From a candidate division WOR-3 bacterium (GTDB lineage: Bacteria; Hydrothermota; 32-111), in NCBI GenBank assembly GCA_037481815.1, contig JBBFKX010000001.1, forward strand, positions 480,001-544,000: a DNA stretch of 64,000 nt. Direction: 5' to 3'. The notes under the pieces are model-generated. The model worked only from the letters and a program-made list of their open reading frames with translations. It had not been told where the DNA came from and made no database searches. Below, piece after piece: positions 50,961-59,043 of this stretch. Each line of letters starts with the position of its first letter. Within the stretch, counting starts at the first letter, position 1. A program made the translations under genes and the position numbers.

Positions 50961-51420
50961 GGATTCTATCAAAGTCAATTTTTTGAGATTCATCCAGTAT
51001 ATTCTTAAACATTCTATTCAAACAGAAGGTGTATTTTATTTTACCATTTTTCTCTTCTATTATTTTTTTCATGATTTTGATTGCTCTGTTTCCTCCCATC
51101 CAGCTAAAAGGAAAAGCCATTGTTACAAACAAGATAAAATTTTTCTCTTGAATATTTTTTAGCCCTTTTAGAAAAGTTAACACAGGATAATTTATTCCAA
51201 AAGCCCAAACAGGTCCACCAACAATTATCAGATCGAATTTTTCAATAGAAGGATATGAAACAATTTTAAATTCGCTTTTTATATTTTTTTCTGAAAGTTT
51301 TGGTTCAGTTTGTAACTCAAAAACTTCAACAGAGTTATTTTTTTCTAGTTTTTCTTTAAAAATTTCAACAACTTTTTTTGTTATTCCAGACAAAGAGTAG
51401 TAAACGATTAAAATTTTCAT
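50950..51420 (-). CDS. Flavodoxin-like protein
   Basis: YYSLSGITKK, GGPVW, FVT. Confidence 0.8.
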   Translation of the reverse strand: MKILIVYYSLSGITKKVVEIFKEKLEKNNSVEVFELQTEPKLSEKNIKSEFKIVSYPSIEKFDLIIVGGPVWAFGINYPVLTFLKGLKNIQEKNFILFVTMAFPFSWMGGNRAIKIMKKIIEEKNGKIKYTFCLNRMFKNILDESQKIDFDRILKT

Positions 51421-51947
51421 AGAACTCCCTTTTTTAAATTACTATCAAAAATCTTTTTAAAAATTTCAAAAGTTGTATCATCGTATAACACCAGATAGAT
51501 TTTTTCGAAAACTTTACCATTCTTTTCTAAGAAATCAAAAATTGATTTAAAAGCGATTTTTGCTGCTTCATCCTTCGGGTACCTGTAAGCTCCCGTTGAG
51601 ATGGCAGGGAAAGCGATGGTTTTTAGATTATACTCGTTTGCTAATTTTAAAGAATTGTAAAAGGCATTATAAAGCAGTTTATCCTCTCCACTCTTTCCAT
51701 TTGAATAGATGGGGCCAACAGTATGTATTACATATTTTGCTTTCAATCTGTAACCTTTTGTTATTTTTGCTTCCCCTGTTTTGCAACCATTTAACTTTTT
51801 ACATTCCTTTAAAAGTTCAGGACCTGCTTTTCTATGTATAGCACCATCAACACCTCCTCCTCCGAGAAGTGTTGTGTTTGCTGCATTCACTATACAATCA
51901 ACATCTATTTCTGTTATATCACCTTTTATGATCACAACGTTTTCCAT
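51417..51947 (-). CDS. Macro-domain ADP-ribose hydrolase (YmdB/MacroD type)
   Basis: GDIT, IVNAAN, GGGGVDGAIH, HTVGP, FPAISTGAY. Confidence 0.93.
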   Translation of the reverse strand: MENVVIIKGDITEIDVDCIVNAANTTLLGGGGVDGAIHRKAGPELLKECKKLNGCKTGEAKITKGYRLKAKYVIHTVGPIYSNGKSGEDKLLYNAFYNSLKLANEYNLKTIAFPAISTGAYRYPKDEAAKIAFKSIFDFLEKNGKVFEKIYLVLYDDTTFEIFKKIFDSNLKKGVL

Positions 51948-51975
51948 ATTTTAATTTTACCACCAAAAATAAAAT

Positions 51976-52470
51976 TTACCAGTAGTAATTATCGTTAGCA
52001 AGATCGTTCGAAATCGGATAAGGTTCTTCCTGATAATTGTCAACATACCAGAAATCATATCCCCAATCTCCATCAAGATCGTTGCCATCCCAGACTGATG
52101 CTATACCATAAACACAAATATAATCATAAGTAAACCATTTGTACCAAAAAACATAGTATAAATACCTTGATTTTTGTGGAAATTTGAAAGGAAGTTTTTC
52201 AAGTTCGATATCTTCAGGATAACAACTGTTGTCAGGATTCACAACAAGGTAACCCCAATAATCACCATTATCTGGAAAGTAAAGACCTGTTTCAAAAAAA
52301 TTCAACCTTTCATAATTGTAAACCGTTTTAATCGCATGTTTCATAATCGTTTGTCTGACAATACCTCTGACTCTCATAAAAGATGGTATCGATAAGGAAA
52401 CAAGAATACCAAGTATTGCGATAACTACTGTTAACTCAACAAGAGTGAAACCTTTTTTTTCTTTCAACAT
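51976..52470 (-). CDS. Type IV pilin-like protein
   Basis: KKG|FTLVEL class III signal with E5, G14, P22; GNDLDGD.W loop; SD GGAGG. Confidence 0.9.
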   Translation of the reverse strand: MLKEKKGFTLVELTVVIAILGILVSLSIPSFMRVRGIVRQTIMKHAIKTVYNYERLNFFETGLYFPDNGDYWGYLVVNPDNSCYPEDIELEKLPFKFPQKSRYLYYVFWYKWFTYDYICVYGIASVWDGNDLDGDWGYDFWYVDNYQEEPYPISNDLANDNYYW

Positions 52471-52481
52471 AATTCCCTCCT

Positions 52482-52985
52482 TTATTTCTGTACAATTATT
52501 CCTTTAGCTGAAAATGCTGGAGATTTTATGGAATCGTTTTTGATTTTCAGTATAAATCCAAAATTTTCATCCTTTTTGTAATAAAGATGTCTGGGTTCAG
52601 AAACATTATAACTTTTAGAAACTTCCTCTAAATTTTCAGGGAAAAATTTTTTGTTTTTTCCATAATCTAGGATCAACCTGTTGAAAAGTATCAATTCCTG
52701 ATACGGGTTTAAAGAATCCATCTGAAGAAGAGTTACTTTTTCAATCTGGTTTGAAAGTTGTTTTGAATGGGTTCCCTTATAAAAAAATAATATAAAAATT
52801 TCAAACAGGATTATCGGAATACTCAAAAAAATGAAAATATAAACGAACGAGAATCGTTTTTTCCTGTTTTTCGTTTCCTTTGATTTTTCAAACTCATCCG
52901 CTCTCTTTTCCGCTTCCTCTATTAAAGTTTTGTAATCTCTTTCCAAATTTCCACTATCCCATTTGGATTTTTTTTCATCTTCCAT
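52482..52985 (-). CDS. Single-TM protein with pseudopilin-like external domain, no prepilin cleavage site
   Basis: Charged cytoplasmic N-terminus, one TM helix, then DY...FFPENLEEV...LYY....FIL; SD AAGGAGGTG. Confidence 0.5.
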   Translation of the reverse strand: MEDEKKSKWDSGNLERDYKTLIEEAEKRADEFEKSKETKNRKKRFSFVYIFIFLSIPIILFEIFILFFYKGTHSKQLSNQIEKVTLLQMDSLNPYQELILFNRLILDYGKNKKFFPENLEEVSKSYNVSEPRHLYYKKDENFGFILKIKNDSIKSPAFSAKGIIVQK

Positions 52986-53010
52986 AACACCTCCTTTTCA
53001 AAAATCTTAA

Positions 53011-53026
53011 AACATAAATTGTGCCA
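53011..53026 (-). promoter_or_regulatory. Probable sigma-54 promoter with variant -12 (GT)
   Basis: Minus strand TGGCACAATTTATGTT; tandem TGT-N10-ACA (53079-53094) and TGT-N12-ACA (53096-53113) upstream. Confidence 0.55.
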
Positions 53027-53166
53027 GATATTAAATCTTATCTTTTTTTACTTATAGAAATTTCTCATAAAAAAAATATGTTTTATCCATTACACTGTAA
53101 TAGAATCTTTACATTTTCTATTGACTTAGATTTAATACAAATATAAAATAACCAAAAGGATTTATT

Positions 53167-54231
53167 ATGATGGAGTATACATTTTATTTGATCGCTTCTA
53201 TCTCATTATCTTTTTCACTCTTTATAATCTTCAAACTCATACCGATTACAGGTTTTTTCATCCCCGGTATGATGGGTTTTGTTTTTACAGCATCGATGAT
53301 TTTTCTTTTGTTTGAAAAGAAAATAATTTTAGGTTTTAAAAATAATTTTAAAACTGGTCTATTATTATCGATTCCATCGGTTGGATTTTACATTTTATTA
53401 TTATTCCAGTTGAAATTTTTTGATCCATTTACAATAATCTTTATACTTTTCTTATCCTATAAAATTTCATCGGAACAATTTTTAAGAAAAAAATATGACA
53501 TTATTTATGTTTTAATCATGTTGGTGATTTTTATATTTTTGAACAAACTTTACATGGATTTAAAACTTTTCGCTCACTCTTTTATTTCTTTTGTTATTCA
53601 GATTCTTCTTTTCAAACTTTTGAAAAAAACTCAAAAGTTCAATATATCTCCTGTTGAAAAAATATTTTATCCTTATCTTTCAGGTGCAATAGTTTTAACC
53701 ACATTATATTTTTTCAATAAACCAGAACAAACCCCCGAAATTAACCAATTGAATCAGATATTTTTATCCATTTACGTTTTTATATCAAATTTTTTACTCT
53801 CATTATTTATGATAAAATTTGAAGATCTGGATTTAAAAAAAATAAATAAGGATTTTCTTTTCTCCTGTGCTCTATTTTTTACTCTATTTCTGTTTTTGAA
53901 TATTCCAAACATTATTCTTTTCTTTTTGGTTCTCATCTTAGTGATAAAAGAATTTTTCTTAAAGAAAAGAATGAAAAAAGGTTTTGGTGTTAGTGAATAT
54001 ATTGCTATACTAACAATGGCTGCAATAATTTTTTCTCTTCTGATTCCATCGATCAAAATAGTTAAAAACAAGATTGTTGCGATGCATGACTGCGAAAAAT
54101 TGAACAACAGTAAAGGTGATTTAAGAAATGTATATCAAATAGATGGTATCTATATAAAATTTATCAACAGAAAGCCTTCATTCATATACACAAAAACAAA
54201 AGATAGATTCAGATACCTCTCTATCCAATAA
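53167..54231 (+). CDS. Polytopic membrane protein with C-terminal embedded prepilin-like domain
   Basis: About 9 TM helices (weakly EamA-like), then MKKG|FGVSEYIAILTMAAIIFSLLIP. Confidence 0.65.
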   Translation: MMEYTFYLIASISLSFSLFIIFKLIPITGFFIPGMMGFVFTASMIFLLFEKKIILGFKNNFKTGLLLSIPSVGFYILLLFQLKFFDPFTIIFILFLSYKISSEQFLRKKYDIIYVLIMLVIFIFLNKLYMDLKLFAHSFISFVIQILLFKLLKKTQKFNISPVEKIFYPYLSGAIVLTTLYFFNKPEQTPEINQLNQIFLSIYVFISNFLLSLFMIKFEDLDLKKINKDFLFSCALFFTLFLFLNIPNIILFFLVLILVIKEFFLKKRMKKGFGVSEYIAILTMAAIIFSLLIPSIKIVKNKIVAMHDCEKLNNSKGDLRNVYQIDGIYIKFINRKPSFIYTKTKDRFRYLSIQ

Positions 54232-55897
54232 TTTTATAAACATCATCCTTCACTTTTTCACATCTTTCTTTTATCTGGTCAAGAATACTTTTTGCCTTTG
54301 TTTTTGTACTCTCTTTATATTCTGAATCATCGAGATTTTTTAAATTGATAAGAATATTCATATATGCACCTTCAGCACATGAGAGAAGATTCAAAGATGC
54401 TACACCCGCATCAGAGATTGAGTTTACATTCCCGATCTTTGTTATCTTTTCAAGATAGGGTAAAAGTTCATTTATGGTTTCCAATGTCTTCATCGGAACA
54501 TCTATGGCTTTTTTTGTAGCATCCTTCAATTTTTCATCCCTGATCCTTTTTTCTTCCTCACTCTTTTTAGGCAATTTAAAAACCTCCATATAATAGTTGA
54601 AAGCTTCGGTATCAAGATCGATAAGTTCGAGCATCAGATCCTTTATCCTTTGCGATTGAGAAGAAATCTCTTGAGTATCTTCGTTATATTTTTCATATCC
54701 TTTCTTTCCGAAAGTCAAATTAGCAACCATTGAAACAAGGGATGCAGATATAGAACCTGACAATGCAGCGACACTACCTCCACCAGGGGCTGGAGAATCC
54801 GTCGAAAGTTCATCACAAAAATCTTTCAAATTCATATCGATAAGTTTTTTCTTTTTCATCTTACTTTCATAAGCATACTCTATAACTTTTTTGTTTACAT
54901 CAAATGGATAAAGAGTATCGAGTCCTAAAGATTTAATCGCTATATAAAGGATCTCCTTTTCAGGAATACCTATAGATTTTCCCTGCTTTTTCAGATAAAA
55001 TTTACCTGCCTCAATTAAAGCATTTTTCGGTATCAAACCAACAAGTTCTGAACCGGTTACTTTAACACCGATTTTATTTGCTTCCTCTGTTGCTTTTTCA
55101 TAAGCGATATGAGGAGGAGTAACTTTCCAGTTCGTTAGATTTATTGATATCTGTGCAATATTATAATCATCAACAAACCAGCCGATAGCTCTACACTCTT
55201 TTAAGAGGCCAGGGACATAAACCGTATTCCCATTTTCATCTTTTACGATTTTCCCATTCTCATCCTTTTTAGGATATCCTTTCTCTCTTATAACATTTGC
55301 GATCTGCGTTGCAAGTTTAGCATCTTTCGTGTTAAGGTTTATATTGTATGCGATCAAAAAATCCCTGACACCTATGACGGTGGCACCACTTTTTGGGTTG
55401 AATTCAGCCTTACCAAAATCTGGTTTCCAGTTTGGATCTTTTATTTTATCTTTAAGTCCCTCGTATTCACCTTCTCTTATATTCGCCAAAGATTTTCTTT
55501 TTGGTTCAGTTGCAGCATATTCATAAAGATAAACTGGAATGTTCAACTCGTTTGCAACCCTTTCTCCAAGTTTTCTTGCAAGTTGAACACATTCTTCAAC
55601 ACTGATTTCACTCACTGGAACAAAGGGACAAACATCACATGCTCCCATTCTTGGATGTTCTCCTTTATGTTTTGACATATCTATAAGTTCCGAACCCTTT
55701 TTTATAGCAAGAAATGCTGATTCAAGAACAGATTCAGGAGTTCCAATGAAAGTTATCACTGTTCTGTTTGTCGCTGCTCCGGGATCAACATCAAGAAGGA
55801 TTGTTCCACTTACTGATTCTATAGCATCAGTTATCTGTTTTATAACATTCATATCTTTACCTTCAGAAAAATTTGGTACACATTCAACTAATTTCAT
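54221..55897 (-). CDS. ftcD: Glutamate formimidoyltransferase / formimino-THF cyclodeaminase
   Basis: ECVPNFSEG, NRTV, HPRMGACDVCPFVP, IAYNINL, PAPGGGS, NSISDAG. Confidence 0.95.
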   Translation of the reverse strand: MKLVECVPNFSEGKDMNVIKQITDAIESVSGTILLDVDPGAATNRTVITFIGTPESVLESAFLAIKKGSELIDMSKHKGEHPRMGACDVCPFVPVSEISVEECVQLARKLGERVANELNIPVYLYEYAATEPKRKSLANIREGEYEGLKDKIKDPNWKPDFGKAEFNPKSGATVIGVRDFLIAYNINLNTKDAKLATQIANVIREKGYPKKDENGKIVKDENGNTVYVPGLLKECRAIGWFVDDYNIAQISINLTNWKVTPPHIAYEKATEEANKIGVKVTGSELVGLIPKNALIEAGKFYLKKQGKSIGIPEKEILYIAIKSLGLDTLYPFDVNKKVIEYAYESKMKKKKLIDMNLKDFCDELSTDSPAPGGGSVAALSGSISASLVSMVANLTFGKKGYEKYNEDTQEISSQSQRIKDLMLELIDLDTEAFNYYMEVFKLPKKSEEEKRIRDEKLKDATKKAIDVPMKTLETINELLPYLEKITKIGNVNSISDAGVASLNLLSCAEGAYMNILINLKNLDDSEYKESTKTKAKSILDQIKERCEKVKDDVYKIIG

Positions 55898-57411
55898 TTT
55901 TCCTCCTCAATTTTATCGTTCTTTCTTTCAATATTGTATTCTTTTAGTTTATAATGTAAAGTTCTTAAACTGATTCCCAGAACCTCTGCTGTTTTTTTCC
56001 TTGAATAATCGTTTTCCCTCAACACATTTAAAATATGTTCTTTTTCAACATCCTTTAACTTTTTTGAATAGAATTCCCTTTTTATTTTTCTTTTATTCAG
56101 AATTTCTTCAGGTATATCATCGATAGTGATTATATCATGTTGAGCCATAACTATAGCATGCTGTATCACATTTTCAAGTTCTCTTATATTCCCTGGCCAG
56201 TCATATTTAAGTAGTGCTGCCATCGCCTCACTTGACACTCCTTCAATATTCTTATTTTTCCCACTCAATTTGTGGATAAGATACTTAACGAGAATCGGAA
56301 TGTCTTCAATCCTCTCACGTAAAGGTGGTATTACTATTTTTACAACCTTTAATCGATAATAAAGATCTTCTCTGAAAGTGCCTTTCTTCACCTCTTCTTC
56401 AAGAACTCTGTTTGTAGCTGAGATTATTCTGACATCAACATTTCTGTCTTCTGTATCCCCAAGTCGCCTGATCTTATGTTCCTGTAAAACTCTTAAAAGT
56501 TTTGTTTGGGTGGAAATCGTAAGATCTCCGACCTCATCAAGAAAAAATGTCCCACCATCTGCAGCTTCAAAAAGTCCCATCTTATCAGTTAAAGCTCCTG
56601 TGAATGCTCCTTTCACATAACCAAAGAGTTCACTTTCAAGCAAAGTTTCAGGTAAAGCACCACAATACTGTGTTATGAATTTTTTATCTTTTCGTGGAGA
56701 ATTAAAATGGATCGCTCTTGCGATAAGGCCTTTCCCGGTTCCACTTTCACCCTCAAGAAGAACAGGGACATCACTATTTATAACTTTTTCGATCAATCTT
56801 AAAACATCCCTCATCTTTTTACTTGTTCCAATAATATCCTCAAAATTGTATAAAGACGAAATTTCCCTTTTTAAACTTAAATTTTCCATTGCAAGTGAGT
56901 TTGTCAATTTAGCGTTCTCTATACTCAAAACAGCGAGGTTTGCAAATGCATTCATAAACTCTATCTCTTCTTCAGAAAAAATCTTTTTGTTTGTCTGGGT
57001 ATCGAGGTATATGACTCCAATTATTCTGTTCAACCTCTTTAATGGAACAACCAAAATCGAGCGAAGATTGTAAAGTGCTATCGATTGTGATTGTGAAAAA
57101 CGCGGATCAGTTTTCGCATCTGAAGTTAAAACGATCTCTCCCTCCTGCAATGCTTTATATACTGATGTCATAGAAATCTCTTTTGAGTTTATGATGTTTT
57201 CCTTATGAAGGTTTCTGGCGACTTCTACTTTCATCTCCCCACTTTTATCTTCAAGTATCATCAAAAATCCTCTTTCAGCTTCAAGAACATTCAAAGTTAT
57301 ATCCATTATCTTTTCAAGGAGTTCATTGTAATCTCTTATTGAGTTGATAATCTCACTTGCTTCATAGAGAGATTTTAAAACTTTCACATTTTCCGGTAAA
57401 TTTTTTGCCAT
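55894..57411 (-). CDS. GAF-domain sigma-54 enhancer-binding protein (NifA/FhlA architecture)
   Basis: GAF (DAKTDPRF..SQS, LRSILVVPL), [26 protein letters not shown], Fis HTH. Confidence 0.92.
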   Translation of the reverse strand: MAKNLPENVKVLKSLYEASEIINSIRDYNELLEKIMDITLNVLEAERGFLMILEDKSGEMKVEVARNLHKENIINSKEISMTSVYKALQEGEIVLTSDAKTDPRFSQSQSIALYNLRSILVVPLKRLNRIIGVIYLDTQTNKKIFSEEEIEFMNAFANLAVLSIENAKLTNSLAMENLSLKREISSLYNFEDIIGTSKKMRDVLRLIEKVINSDVPVLLEGESGTGKGLIARAIHFNSPRKDKKFITQYCGALPETLLESELFGYVKGAFTGALTDKMGLFEAADGGTFFLDEVGDLTISTQTKLLRVLQEHKIRRLGDTEDRNVDVRIISATNRVLEEEVKKGTFREDLYYRLKVVKIVIPPLRERIEDIPILVKYLIHKLSGKNKNIEGVSSEAMAALLKYDWPGNIRELENVIQHAIVMAQHDIITIDDIPEEILNKRKIKREFYSKKLKDVEKEHILNVLRENDYSRKKTAEVLGISLRTLHYKLKEYNIERKNDKIEEEK

Positions 57412-57421
57412 AGAAACTCCT

Positions 57422-58378
57422 TTATTGTGAAAAAAATCTTACAGAGTTTTCTGAAAAATTTCCAAAAAGATCATAAACCCTGACAACAAATCTATATCCA
57501 CCTTCTTTAAGGATCTGATCATAAACAAACAGAGTATCATAAATTGAACAAGTATCAGAGAAAATTATACTATCGTTTTCATCTTTTATCGAGAGGTTTA
57601 TATAAGAAGAATAGTAGGGTTTATCGGTTCTGAACCTGAAAATGTATGGATAATCCATCTGTTGTTCCTCATCTGGATAATAGATAGAAGGTATATACTC
57701 AACAAACCTTATAAGTGACAGATTTTTGACACTCAAACTTTCTCCGTAACCATCTATGATTTTAACGGAAGCATTCTCTCCTATCAGATCATAGATGTTT
57801 AATGGTGAACTTATTTTGTTGAAATTCAAAGAACATTTGATAAAATCCCCTTCATAAATTTTGATAAAAGAGTACTCTCCAAAATCGAATTTTATTGAAG
57901 CGACAGAAATATCATCTATCGAATCTTTTTCCTGAATCTTTACTATAAAATTCACATCGTAACTTAAACTATCGAGTATATCATATGTTCTTTTAACAGA
58001 AGAATAAACATACGATGTTTCAACTTGAGGTATGAAATTCAAATATTCTACCAATTCAAGGGGAATACCTGAAGCAAGGAAAGTATCAAGATATAATGTT
58101 GAATATCCCTCTTTATAAAATTTTATTTTTATATCACCTTTCAAAATGTTTGAAAAAGAAACATAACCATTAATATCGGTTACCTTTGATAATGTATCGT
58201 TAATAATTACTTCAACTTCTGGGAGTGGGTTATGGAAATGATCATAACATAATATTTTAACTGTACTTTTTCCAAATCGATTTTCAGGATCCAGTAACGC
58301 TTCATGAGGTTGATCTATATAACAACCCTGATATAAAAAAATACAAAAAATAAAAATTTTCAAAAATTTTTTTACCAT
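57422..58378 (-). CDS. Lipoprotein with carboxypeptidase-regulatory/Cna-B-like and Ig-like domains
   Basis: Lipobox-like YQGC, NPLPEVEV..., TDINGY, KEGY. Confidence 0.6.
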   Translation of the reverse strand: MVKKFLKIFIFCIFLYQGCYIDQPHEALLDPENRFGKSTVKILCYDHFHNPLPEVEVIINDTLSKVTDINGYVSFSNILKGDIKIKFYKEGYSTLYLDTFLASGIPLELVEYLNFIPQVETSYVYSSVKRTYDILDSLSYDVNFIVKIQEKDSIDDISVASIKFDFGEYSFIKIYEGDFIKCSLNFNKISSPLNIYDLIGENASVKIIDGYGESLSVKNLSLIRFVEYIPSIYYPDEEQQMDYPYIFRFRTDKPYYSSYINLSIKDENDSIIFSDTCSIYDTLFVYDQILKEGGYRFVVRVYDLFGNFSENSVRFFSQ

Positions 58379-59043
58379 ACAATATCAAAAATGTTAAAAA
58401 TATAAACAGAAAACGAGATATCAAGAAAAAACCGATTAACTTTCGACCAGCTGTTATAAATATTGTAATTCTTTATGGCTTCATCTTCAGTAGTTGATTT
58501 CATATACATATCCTTCATATTCAGAGTAAAAATATAAGAAGTTACACTTCCTATAACAGAAGAAAGAAAAATCGATCCCAAAACAATCGACTTATTTTTC
58601 TCCCCAATAGACATCTGTCCCCATCCAGGGAATACCATCGATTTAATGATAATACCTTTCTTATTTATATTCGAATTGTTTTCTGTTTCAATTTTAAAAT
58701 ATGATGGTGTTTCCTTTATCAAAAAATTTATCCTTTCTTTTGCTTTCAAGAAAACCTGAACTATTTTAGGAGAAACAAATTCTTCATTCAAAGTATAATT
58801 GTTATCAAGAGTTAAAATATTTTCAAAATATCTCTGACCGTTTATCGTATCCCCTAAAGCGATATAAGAAAATGCTATATATGTTTGCAGATTGATAAGA
58901 TCATCTTTACCCATATCATCTTTAAAATCTTTTAATATTCTTTCTCCTTCTGAGATAACCTTATCATATTCTCCAGTTTCATAATAAATTATTATATCGT
59001 TGATCGTAGTTGAAAATATGAAGAATGGAATGAGCAAAATCAA
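58372..59043 (-). CDS. Exported TPR protein with C-terminal membrane (DUF5683-like) segment
   Basis: TPR-like YYETGEY/AFSYIALGD, SPKI..F, SMVFPGWGQ and hydrophobic helices. Confidence 0.6.
   Translation of the reverse strand: MILLIPFFIFSTTINDIIIYYETGEYDKVISEGERILKDFKDDMGKDDLINLQTYIAFSYIALGDTINGQRYFENILTLDNNYTLNEEFVSPKIVQVFLKAKERINFLIKETPSYFKIETENNSNINKKGIIIKSMVFPGWGQMSIGEKNKSIVLGSIFLSSVIGSVTSYIFTLNMKDMYMKSTTEDEAIKNYNIYNSWSKVNRFFLDISFSVYIFNIFDIVW

Noticed and set aside
47749..51947. ars/CDF block as a mobile element or genomic island
   Set aside because: No integrase, transposase, terminal repeats or evident compositional shift.
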